Shown: positions 50,451 through 63,359, counted from the first letter of the stretch. The stretch is DNA of 64,000 bases from Heterodontus francisci (GCF_036365525.1 NC_090378.1:121009593-121073592), one strand, 5' to 3'. Program-made: numbers and translations. Notes: generated from the letters alone by a model not told the origin.

Positions 50451-53400
50451 ACAGTTATATATAATATATAGTAATGGACACACAGTCCCACCTCCTGCAC
50501 TGACACGTCCCACAGTTATATATAATATATAATAATGGACACACAGTCCCACCTCCTGCACTGACACGTCCCACAGTTATATATAACATATAATAATGGA
50601 CACACAGTCCCACCTCCTGCACTGACACATCCCACAGTTATATATAATATATAATAATGGACACACAGTCCCACCTCCTGCACTGACACATCCCACAGTT
50701 ATATATAATATATAATAATGGACACACAGTCCCACCTCCTGCACTGACACGTCCCACAGTTATATATAATATATAATAATGGACACACAGTCCCACCTCC
50801 TGCACTGACACATCCCACAGTTATATATAATATATAATAATGGACACACAGTCCCACCTCCTGCACTGACACATCCCACAGTTATATATAATATATAATA
50901 ATGGACACACTGTCCCACCTCCTGCACTGACACATCCCACAGTTATATATAATATATAATAATGGACACACAGTCCCACCTCCTGCACTGACACATCCCA
51001 CAGTTATATATAATATATAATAATGGACACACAGTCCCACCTCCTGCACTGACACATCCCACAGTTATATATAATATATAATAATGGACACACAGTCCCA
51101 CCTCCTGCACTGACACGTCCCACAGTTATATATAATATATAATAATGGACACACAGTCCCACCTCCTGAACTGACACCTCTAACAGTTATATATAATAAA
51201 TAATAATGAACACACAGTCCCACCTCCTGTACTGACACATCCCACAGTTATATATAATATATAATAATTGACACACAGTCCCACCTCCTGTACTGACACA
51301 TCCCACAGTTATATATAATCTATAATAATGGACACACAGTCCCACCTCCTGTACTGACACATCCCACAGTTATATATAATATATAGTAATGGACACACAG
51401 TCCCACCTCCTGAACTGACACCTCCCACAGTTATATATAATAAATAATAATGAACACACAGTCCCACCTCCTGTACTGACACATCCCACAGTTATATGTA
51501 ATATATAGTAATGGACACAAAGTCCCACCTCCTGTACTGACACATTCCACAGTTATATATAATCTATAATAATGGACACACAGTCCCACCTCCTGTACTG
51601 ACACATCCCACAGTTATATATAATATATAGTAATGGACACACAGTCCCACCTCCTGAACTGACACCTCCCACAGTTATATATAATAAATAATAATGAACA
51701 CACAGTCCCACCTCCTGTACTGACACATCCCACAGTTATATGTAATATATAGTAATGGACACAAAGTCCCACCTCCTGTACTGACACATTCCACAGTTAT
51801 ATATAATCTATAATAATGGACACACAGTCCCACCTCCCGCACTGACACATCCCAGAGTTACATACAATACATAATGATGGACACAGAATCCCACCTCCCG
51901 CACTGACACATCCCACAGTGTTTATATAAGATATAATAATGGACTCACAGTCCCACCTCCTGCACTGACACATCCCATTGTTATATCTAATATATGATAA
52001 TGTACAAACAGTAACACCTCCCGGACTGACACATCCCACAGTTATATATAATGCATAATATTGGACACACAGACTCACCTCCTGTACTGACACATCCCAC
52101 AGGTTTATCTAATATATATTAATGCACACACGGTCCCACCTCCTGTACTGACACATCCCACAGTTATATATATTATATAATAATGGACACACAGTCCCAC
52201 CTCCTGCAATGAAACGTCCCACAGTTATATATAATATATAGTATTGGACACAAAGTCCCACCTCCTGTACTGACACATTCCACAGTTATATATAATATAT
52301 AGTAATGGACACAAAGTCCCACCTCCTGTACTGACACATTCCACAGTTATATATAATATATAGTAATGGACACAAAGTTCCACCTCCTGTACTGACACAT
52401 CCCACAGTTATATATAATAAATAATAATGAATACACAGTCCCACCTCCTGTACTGACACATCCCACAGTTATATATAATAGATAGTAATGGACACAAAGT
52501 CCCACCTCCTGTACTGACACATCCCACAGTTATATATAATATATAGTAATGGACACACATTCCCACCTCCTGCACTGACACATTCCACAGTTATATATAA
52601 TATATAATAATGGACACACAGTCCCACCTCCTGCACTGACACATCCCACAGTTATATATAATATATAATAATGAACACACAGTCCCACCTCCTGCACTGA
52701 CACGTCCCACAGCTATATATAATAAATAATAATGAACACACAGTCCCACCTCCTGTACTGACACAGCCCACAGTTATATAATATAATAATGGACACACAG
52801 TCCCACCTCCTGTACTGGCACGTCCCACAGTTATATATAATATATAATAATGGACACACAGTCCCACCTCCTGCACTGACACATCCCACAGTTATATATA
52901 ATATATAATAATGGACACACAGTCCCACCTCCTGCACTGACACATCCCACAGTTATATATAATATATAATAATGAACACACAGTCCCACCTCCTGTACTG
53001 ACACAGCCCACAGTTATATAATATAATAATGGACACACAGTCCCACCTCCTGCACTGACACATCCCACAGTTATATATAATATATAACAATGGACACACA
53101 GTCCCACCTCCTGCACTGACACATCCCACAGTTATATATAATATATAATCATGGACACACAGTCCCACCTCCTGCACTGACACATCCCACAGTTATATAT
53201 AATATATAATAATGGACACACAGTCCCACCTCCTGCACTGACACATCCCACAGTTATATATAATATATAATAATGGACACACAGTCCCACCTCCTGTACT
53301 GACACATCCCACAGTTATATATAATATATAATAATGGACACACAGTCCCACCTCCTGCACTGACACGTCCCACAGTTATATATAATATATAATAATGGAC

Positions 53401-53459
53401 ACACAGTCCCACCTCCTGTACTGACACATCCCACAGTTATATATAATATATAATAATGG

Positions 53460-56400
53460 ACACACAGTCCCACCTCCTGCACTGACACGTCCCACAGTTA
53501 TATATAATATATAATAATGGACACACAGTCCCACCTCCTGTACTGACACATCCCACAGTTATATATAATATATAATAATGGACACACAGTCCCACCTCCT
53601 GCACTGACACATCCCACAGTTATATATAATATATAATAATGGACACACAGTCCCACCTCCTGCACTGACACATCCCACAGTTATATATAATATATAATAA
53701 TGGACACACAGTCCCACCTCCTGTACTGACACATCCCACAGTTATATATAATATATAATAATGGACACACAGTCCCACCTCCTGCACTGACACGTCCCAC
53801 AGTTATATATAATATATAATAATGGACACACAGTCCCACCTCCTGTACTGACACATCCCACAGTTATATATAATATATAATAATGGACACACAGTCCCAC
53901 CTCCTGCACTGACACGTCCCACAGTTATATATAATATATAATAATGGACACACAGTCCCACCTCCTGTACTGACACATCCCACAGTTATATATAATATAT
54001 AATAATGGACACACAGTCCCACCTCCTGCACTGACACGTCCCACAGTTATATATAATATATAATAATGGACACACAGTCCCACCTCCTGTACTGACACAT
54101 CCCACAGTTATATATAATATATAATAATGGACACACAGTCCCACCTCCTGCACTGACACGTCCCACAAGTTTATATAATATATAATAATGGACACACAGT
54201 CCCACCTCCTGCATTGACACGTCCCACAGTTATATATAATATATAATAATGGACACACAGTCCCACCTCCTGTACTGACACATCCCACAGTTATATATAA
54301 TATATAATAATGGACACACAGTCCCACCTCCAGTACTGACACATCCCACAGTTATATATAATATATAATAATGGACACACAGTCCCACCTCCTGCACTGA
54401 CACGTCCCACAGCTATATATAATAAATAATAATGAACACACAGTCCCACCTCCTGTACTGACACAGCCCACAGTTATATATAATATATAATAATGGATAC
54501 ACAGTCCCACCTCCTGCACTGACACGTCCCACAAGTTTATATAATATATAATAATGGACACACAGTCCCACCTCCTGCATTGACACGTCCCACAGTTATA
54601 TATAATATATAATAATGGACACACAGTCCCACCTCCTGCACCGACACATTCCACAGTTATATATAATATATAATAATGGACACACAGTCCCACCTCCTGT
54701 ACTGACACATCCCACAGTTATATATAATAAATAATAATGAACACAAAGTCCCACCTCCTGTACTGACACATTCCACAGTTATATATAATATATAATAATG
54801 GACACACAGTCCCACCTCCTGCACTGACACGTCCCACAAGTTTATATAATATATAATAATGGACACACAGTCCCACCTCCTGCATTGACACGTCCCACAG
54901 CTATATATAATATATAATAATGGACACACAGTCCCACCTCCTGTACTAACACGTCCCACAGTTATATATAATATATAATAATGGACACACAGTCCCACCT
55001 CCTGCACTGACACGTCCCACAGTTATATATAATATATTATAATGGACACACAGTCCCACCTCCTGTACTGACACATCCCACAGTTATATATAATAAATAA
55101 TAATGAACACACAGTCTGACCTCCGGTCCTGACACATTCCACAGTTATATATAATATATAATAATGGACACAGAGTCCCACCTCCTGTACTGACACATCC
55201 CACAGTTATATATAATAAATAATAATGAACACACAGTCCCACCTCCTGTACTGACACATCCCACAGTTATATATAATATATAATAATGGACACAGAGTCC
55301 CACCTCCTGTACTGACACATCCCACAGTTATATATAATAAATAATAATGAACACACAGTCCCACCTCCGGTACTGACACATTCCTCAGTTATATATAATA
55401 TATAATAATGGACACACAGTCCCACCTCCGGTACTGACACATTCCACAGTTATATATAATATATAATAATGGACACAGAGTCCCACCTCCTGTACTGACA
55501 CATCCCACAGGTTTATCTAATATATAATAAAGGAGACACAGTCCCACCTCCCATACTGACGCATCCCACAGTTATATACAATACATAATAAAGGACACAC
55601 AGTCCCACCTCCTGCACTGACACATCCCACAGTTATATATTATATATAATAATGGACACACAGTCCCACCTCCCGCCGTTGCACATCCCACAAGTTTATA
55701 TAATATATAATAATGGACACACAGCCCCACCTCCCGCCGTTGCACATCCCACAAGTTTATATAATATATAATAATGGACACACAGTCCCACCTCCCGCAC
55801 TGAGACATCCCACAGTTATATGTAACACATAATAATGGACACACAGTCCCACCTCCTGTACTGACACATCCCACAGTTATATATAATATATAATAATGGA
55901 CACACAGTCCCACCTCCTGTACTGACACATCCCACAGTTATATATAATATATAATAATGGACACACAGTCCCACCTCCTGTACTGACACATCTCACAGTT
56001 ATATATAATATATAATAATGGACACACAGTCCCACCTCCTGCACTGACACGTCCCACAGTTATATATTATATATAATAATGGACACACAGTCCCACCTCC
56101 CGCACTGACACTTCCCACAGTTATATATAATATATAATAATGGACACACAGTCCCACCTCCAGTACTGACACATCCCACAGTTATATATAATATATAATA
56201 ATGGACACACAGTCCCACCTCCTGCACTGACACGTCCCACAGTTATATATAATATATAATAATGGACACACAGTCCCACCTCCCGCACTGACACTTTCCA
56301 CAGTTATATATAATATATAATAATGGACACATAGTCCCACCTCCCGCACTGACACTTCCCACAGTTATATATAATATATAATAATGGACACACAGTCCCA

Positions 56401-59400
56401 CCTCCCGCACTGACACTTCCCACAGTTATATATAATATATAATAATGGACACACAGTCCCACCTCCCGCACTGACACTTCCCACAGTTATATATAATATA
56501 TAATAATGGACACACAGTCCCACCTCCCGCACTGACACTTCCCACAGTTATATATAATATATAATAATGGACACACAGTCCCACCTCCTGTACTGACACA
56601 TCCCACAGTTATATATAATATATAATAATGGACACACAGTCCCACCTCCCGCACTGACACTTCCCACAGTTATATATAATATATAATAATGGACACACAG
56701 TCCCACCTCCCGCACTGACACATCCCACAGTTATATATAATATATAATAATGAACACACAGTCCCACCTCCTGTACTGACACTTCCCACAGTTATATATA
56801 ATATATAATAATGGACACACAGTCCCACCTCCTGTACTGACACATCCCACAGTTATATATAATAAATAATAATGAACACAAAGTCCCACCTCCTGTACTG
56901 ACACATCCCACAGTTATATATAATATATAATAATGGACTCACAGTCCCACCTCCTGCACTGACACATCCCACAGTTATATATAATATATAGTAATGGACA
57001 CACAGTCCCACCTCCTGCACTGACACGTCCCACAGTTATATATAATATATAATAATGGACACACAGTCCCACCTCCTGTACTGACACATCCCACAGTTAT
57101 ATATAATATATAATAATGGACACACAGTCCCACCTCCTGCACTGACACATCCCACAGTTATATATAATATATAATAATGGACACACAGTCCCACCTCCTG
57201 CACTGACACATCCCACAGTTATATATAATATATAATAATGGACACACAGTCCCACCTCCTGTACTGACACATCCCACAGTTATATATAATATATAATAAT
57301 GGACACACAGTCCCACCTCCTGCACTGACACGTCCCACAGTTATATATAATATATAATAATGGACACACAGTCCCACCTCCTGTACTGACACATCCCACA
57401 GTTATATATAATATATAATAATGGACACACAGTCCCACCTCCTGCACTGACACGTCCCACAGTTATATATAATATATAATAATGGACACACAGTCCCACC
57501 TCCTGTACTGACACATCCCACAGTTATATATAATATATAATAATGGACACACAGTCCCACCTCCTGCACTGACACGTCCCACAGTTATATATAATATATA
57601 ATAATGGACACACAGTCCCACCTCCTGTACTGACACATCCCACAGTTATATATAATATATAATAATGGACACACAGTCCCACCTCCTGCACTGACACGTC
57701 CCACAAGTTTATATAATATATAATAATGGACACACAGTCCCACCTCCTGCATTGACACGTCCCACAGTTATATATAATATATAATAATGGACACACAGTC
57801 CCACCTCCTGTACTGACACATCCCACAGTTATATATAATATATAATAATGGACACACAGTCCCACCTCCAGTACTGACACATCCCACAGTTATATATAAT
57901 ATATAATAATGGACACACAGTCCCACCTCCTGCACTGACACGTCCCACAGCTATATATAATAAATAATAATGAACACACAGTCCCACCTCCTGTACTGAC
58001 ACAGCCCACAGTTATATATAATATATAATAATGGATACACAGTCCCACCTCCTGCACTGACACGTCCCACAAGTTTATATAATATATAATAATGGACACA
58101 CAGTCCCACCTCCTGCATTGACACGTCCCACAGTTATATATAATATATAATAATGGACACACAGTCCCACCTCCTGCACCGACACATTCCACAGTTATAT
58201 ATAATATATAATAATGGACACACAGTCCCACCTCCTGTACTGACACATCCCACAGTTATATATAATAAATAATAATGAACACAAAGTCCCACCTCCTGTA
58301 CTGACACATTCCACAGTTATATATAATATATAATAATGGACACACAGTCCCACCTCCTGCACTGACACGTCCCACAAGTTTATATAATATATAATAATGG
58401 ACACACAGTCCCACCTCCTGCATTGACACGTCCCACAGCTATATATAATATATAATAATGGACACACAGTCCCACCTCCTGTACTAACACGTCCCACAGT
58501 TATATATAATATATAATAATGGACACACAGTCCCACCTCCTGCACTGACACGTCCCACAGTTATATATAATATATTATAATGGACACACAGTCCCACCTC
58601 CTGTACTGACACATCCCACAGTTATATATAATAAATAATAATGAACACACAGTCTGACCTCCGGTCCTGACACATTCCACAGTTATATATAATATATAAT
58701 AATGGACACAGAGTCCCACCTCCTGTACTGACACATCCCACAGTTATATATAATAAATAATAATGAACACACAGTCCCACCTCCTGTACTGACACATCCC
58801 ACAGTTATATATAATATATAATAATGGACACAGAGTCCCACCTCCTGTACTGACACATCCCACAGTTATATATAATAAATAATAATGAACACACAGTCCC
58901 ACCTCCGGTACTGACACATTCCACAGTTATATATAATATATAATAATGGACACAGAGTCCCACCTCCTGTACTGACACATCCCACAGGTTTATCTAATAT
59001 ATAATAAAGGAGACACAGTCCCACCTCCCATACTGACGCATCCCACAGTTATATACAATACATAATAATGGACACACAGTCCCACCTCCTGCACTGACAC
59101 ATCCCACAGTTATATATTATATATAATAATGGACACACAGTCCCACCTCCCGCCGTTGCACATCCCACAAGTTTATATAATATATAATAATGGACACACA
59201 GCCCCACCTCCCGCCGTTGCACATCCCACAAGTTTATATAATATATAATAATGGACACACAGTCCCACCTCCCGCACTGAGACATCCCACAGTTATATGT
59301 AACACATAATAATGGACACACAGTCCCACCTCCTGTACTGACACATCCCACAGTTATATATAATATATAATAATGGACACACAGTCCCACCTCCTGTACT

Positions 59401-60475
59401 GACACATCCCACAGTTATATATAATATATAATAATGGACACACAGTCCCACCTCCTGTACTGACACATCTCACAGTTATATATAATATATAATAATGGAC
59501 ACACAGTCCCACCTCCTGCACTGACACGTCCCACAGTTATATATTATATATAATAATGGACACACAGTCCCACCTCCCGCACTGACACTTCCCACAGTTA
59601 TATATAATATATAATAATGGACACACAGTCCCACCTCCAGTACTGACACATCCCACAGTTATATATAATATATAATAATGGACACACAGTCCCACCTCCT
59701 GCACTGACACGTCCCACAGTTATATATAATATATAATAATGGACACACAGTCCCACCTCCCGCACTGACACTTCCCACAGTTATATATAATATATAATAA
59801 TGGACACATAGTCCCACCTCCCGCACTGACACTTCCCACAGTTATATATAATATATAATAATGGACACACAGTCCCACCTCCCGCACTGACACTTCCCAC
59901 AGTTATATATAATATATAATAATGGACACACAGTCCCACCTCCCGCACTGACACTTCCCACAGTTATATATAATATATAATAATGGACACACAGTCCCAC
60001 CTCCCGCACTGACACTTCCCACAGTTATATATAATATATAATAATGGACACACAGTCCCACCTCCTGTACTGACACATCCCACAGTTATATATAATATAT
60101 AATAATGGACACACAGTCCCACCTCCCGCACTGACACTTCCCACAGTTATATATAATATATAATAATGGACACACAGTCCCACCTCCCGCACTGACACAT
60201 CCCACAGTTATATATAATATATAATAATGAACACACAGTCCCACCTCCTGTACTGACACTTCCCACAGTTATATATAATATATAATAATGGACACACAGT
60301 CCCACCTCCTGTACTGACACATCCCACAGTTATATATAATAAATAATAATGAACACAAAGTCCCACCTCCTGTACTGACACATCCCACAGTTATATATAA
60401 TATATAATAATGGACTCACAGTCCCACCTCCTGCACTGACACATCCCACAGTTATATATAATATATAGTAATGGA
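53460..60475. repeat. ~3.5-kb near-identical tandem duplication (58/57 monomers)
   Basis: ORF-track pairs 53986/57524 (+3538 = 58x61) and 55572/59049 (+3477 = 57x61); CGCCGTTGCAC doublets at ~55674/55735 and ~59151/59212. Confidence 0.93.
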
Positions 60476-61080
60476 CACAAAGTCCCACCTCCTGTACTGA
60501 CACATTCCACAGTTATATATAATATATAATAATGGACAGACAGTCCCACCTCCTGTACTGACACGTCCCACAGTTATATATAATATATAATAATGGACAC
60601 ACAGTCCCACCTCCTGTACTGACACGTCCCACAGTTATATATAATATATAATAATGGACACACAGTCCCACCTCCTGTACTGACACGTCCCACAGTTATA
60701 TATAATATATAATAATGGACACACAGTCCCACCTCCTGCACTGACACATCCCACAGTTATATATAATATATAATAATGGACACACAGTCCCACCTCCTGC
60801 ACTGACACATCCCACAGTTATATATAATATATAATAATGGACACACAGTCCCACCTCCTGTACTGACACATCCACAGTTATATATAATATATAATAATGG
60901 ACACACAGTCCCACCTCCTGCACTGACACATCCCACAGTTATATATAATATATAATAATGGACACACAGTCCCACCTCCTGCACTGACACATCCCACAGT
61001 TATATATAATATATAATAATGGACACACTTTCCCAATTTCTCTGCTGACACATCCACAGTTATATTTATTATATAATAAA

Positions 61081-61786
61081 CAGACGTTCTGTTAAAACAG
61101 TTGCTTCAATCTCCTGTCTTATCTGTCTGGGAAATATTTCCTGTTTTGTGCATTGCTGCCACATGTGTCGATGAGAGTGTTGACAGAAACATTCCCCTGA
61201 ACGGTGTGAGGAATTGGGAAAGGATGGAGGAGTTTAGAGAGGACGAGGAGCTGCTGTCTTCATCAGTGAGAATCTCACAGCTCTGGAGATTTGACATTTT
61301 GCTTCATCCGATTCTCTCTGGGTTCTGGTGGAGTCCATCCATCTCAGGCCTGTGGATGGACACCTTAGCCTGGCCCAGGAGCAGACCCACGAGGAGGGGC
61401 CTCCAACCTGCCCACTCCCCTCTGCACTGGGTGGCCAAAGATCAGGAGCGTGGGCCTGATTTAGAACCAGAGGATGAGGAGCAGCCCCTTCAAATAATGG
61501 AACAGGGGCCACAACCTCTCCCACTCCATGTAGACATGATCCACCGACTCTGAAACTCACTGTTTTCAAATGGTCCATGAGGAAGACCAGAGTCAGCAAC
61601 AGAAACATCACATTTACAGAAACACTCCTCCCCTTTTTTCCAGGGCACAGGCAGGTGAGCTCGGTTTGCTGGGAGATTTTCATTTTCCAGGAATTGAGTG
61701 GCTCCAGGCTTTTCCATCTGATGTGGTGGGAAGAGCAGCTGGAAGATTTATCATCGACAAGTAGAATTCCCAACTTTCCCAAGCAC
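61081..61786. other. Unique non-repetitive sequence of unknown identity
   Basis: Mixed composition; no Ig V motifs (WYQQ, DxAxYYC), leader, octamer or 12-RSS recognised; ORFs have no recognisable domain. Confidence 0.6.
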
Positions 61787-61971
61787 NNNNNNNNNNNNNN
61801 NNNNNNNNNNNNNNNNNNNNNNNNNNNNNNNNNNNNNNNNNNNNNNNNNNNNNNNNNNNNNNNNNNNNNNNNNNNNNNNNNNNNNNNNNNNNNNNNNNNN
61901 NNNNNNNNNNNNNNNNNNNNNNNNNNNNNNNNNNNNNNNNNNNNNNNNNNNNNNNNNNNNNNNNNNNNNNN
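61787..61971. other. Assembly gap or masked run (185 N)
   Basis: Run of N. Confidence 1.
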
Positions 61972-62012
61972 AGAGATAGTGGGAGAGAGAGAGAGAGAGA
62001 AACAGAGACAGT

Positions 62013-62049
<37 letters not shown>

Positions 62050-62416
62050 AGAGAGAGGGAGAAACAGAGATAGTGGGAGAGAGAGAGAGAGAGAAACAGA
62101 GACAGTGGGAGAGAGAGAGAAACAGAGACAGTGGGAGAGAGAAAGAGAGACAGTGTGAGCGAGAGAGAGAAAAATACTGACAGTGGGAGAGAGAGANNNN
62201 NNNNNNNNNNNNNNNNNNNNNNNNNNNNNNNNNNNNNNNNNNNNNNNNNNNNNNNNNNNNNNNNNNNNNNNNNNNNNNNNNNNNNNNNNNNNNNNNNNNN
62301 NNNNNNNNNNNNNNNNNNNNNNNNNNNNNNNNNNNNNNNNNNNNNAAAGAGAGAGAGAAACAGAGACAGTGGGAGAGAGAGAGAGAGAGAAAGAGAGATA
62401 TCGGGTGAGAGTGTGA

Positions 62417-62453
<37 letters not shown>

Positions 62454-62594
62454 TGAGAAGCACCAAAAGACAAAGAGAGGGACAGATTGAGACAGAGACA
62501 GAATGAGTGAGAAAAAGAGAGTCAGAGTGAGAGATAGAGAGAGAAACAGAGAGAAAGATAGAGTGCTAGAGGGATGGAGTGATAGAGAGAGAGA
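61972..62594. repeat. GA-rich simple repeat/minisatellite ((GA)n-AACAGAGACAGTGGGA units), interrupted by a gap
   Basis: Repeated (GA)n tracts separated by AACAGAGA(C/T)AGTGGGA. Confidence 0.95.
62197..62345. other. Assembly gap or masked run (149 N)
   Basis: Run of N. Confidence 1.
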
Positions 62595-63353
62595 TGTCTG
62601 GATGTCCCAGTGGACATTGGGACCCTGACGTTTGGCCTATATGAGGGTCCCGAGCCTGCCCATGTCATCACGCCCGCCGGACCAACCTTCTGGGAGGCAG
62701 CCTCCTAATTGGTCACCTCCATACTCACTGTCCTATTAATGATGGCGGTCAGACTCCCGAGGCTGTAGGCCCAATCAGAGGGCCCGCAGTGATGTCAGGC
62801 TGGCAGCTCCACCGGGAGAGGTGGGCCCTGCTGAAACAGGCAGGTGAGAGTGAGGACCCCTCAACATGGAGACGCCCTCGGCTGCCTGCAGAGGAATAGT
62901 AAAATAAAAAGGGCTGAAGCCAGTAGGTCCATCAGGTTGGAGGTGACACCCCTCCACAGGATTATTCATGGACAGGGCAGCAGCCTTTCATCCCTCTGGC
63001 TCCGTCATTGGGACATGGTGTCTCCGTCTCCGATGGTCCCCTGGCCTGCTGCCGGGAAGCCACCTCCATTGAGCTGGGGGCTTCCACACACGGGGGTGGG
63101 GAGGCCGCTCCGACGTTGGTAAAATACAATCACCGGCTCAAAATGGCCCCTAAGTGGGGCCTTCATTGCTCTAATTGTCTGCCCATCTCCATGGAGCTGC
63201 CAGCTGACCCAATTCCCAGTCCGCCCCTGGGAAAGTACCCCGGAGGTGGGAATGTGTCAGGGAGCCGTGTTGATGCAGCTCCCCACTATTTTCCCAGTCC
63301 TTCCTGCCTCCAACCCAGAATACTGTCTCCATGGCACCGGGAGTATTCATCCC
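62595..63353. mobile_element. Probable decayed non-autonomous DNA transposon (MITE-like) inserted in the GA-rich tract
   Basis: GC-richer ~760-bp island with sharp borders inside GA repeats. Weak terminal inverted similarity (TCTGGATGTCCCAGTG vs reverse complement of the 3' end, GGGATGAATACTCCCGGTG). Short internal palindromes: GGGACCCT/AGGGTCCC 62619-62651, GGAGGC-A-GCCTCC ~62693-62705, GGCCCC/GGGGCC ~63145-63161. Family not assigned. Confidence 0.5.
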
Positions 63354-63359
63354 AGCCTG

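Larger units (their letters stand above)
1..61080. repeat. Tandem satellite/giant minisatellite array, 61-bp monomer, ~1,000 copies, truncated by the left window edge
   Basis: Period 61 is directly visible (motif shifts one column per 60-nt line). Monomer = 40-bp C-rich part + 21-bp pure A/T tract; + strand consensus has 17 C vs 6 G. Same orientation throughout; ends in a degenerate monomer at ~61021-61080. Confidence 0.99.

Noticed and set aside
412-60990. Many minus-strand Cys/Tyr/Ile-rich ORFs (MSVQEVGLCVHYYILYITVG...)
   Set aside because: Translation of the 61-bp repeat: one TAA per monomer gives a stop every 183 nt per frame, and point variants lengthen ORFs at random. All three frames give the same peptide cycle and frameshifting indels are tolerated.
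1-61080. CRISPR-like repeat-spacer appearance (C-rich part alternating with A/T part)
   Set aside because: The 'spacers' are not unique, there are no cas genes, and the context is vertebrate.
1-61080. Ig class-switch region analogue
   Set aside because: The strand co-oriented with J is C-rich rather than G-rich, AGCT occurs only in minor variants, and the array lies 5' of a light-chain J.
1-61080. 12-RSS reading of the monomer that could pair with the J 23-RSS
   Set aside because: None of the five CAC positions has a credible nonamer at 12 bp (e.g. CACAGTT-12-TAATAATGG, 3/9).
61333-61361. 9-bp hairpin GTCCATCCA/TGGATGGAC
   Set aside because: Too short and isolated to support an RNA gene or terminator.
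61101-61553. 150-aa plus-strand ORF
   Set aside because: Starts at TTG, no recognisable domain or Ig fold, no supporting exon structure.
61626-61690. Possible 11-nt micro-exon (61644-61654) between a pyrimidine-tract acceptor and GTGAGC, with a second acceptor at 61690
   Set aside because: The implied 36-nt intron is too short and the downstream frames are not Ig V-like; no transcript evidence.
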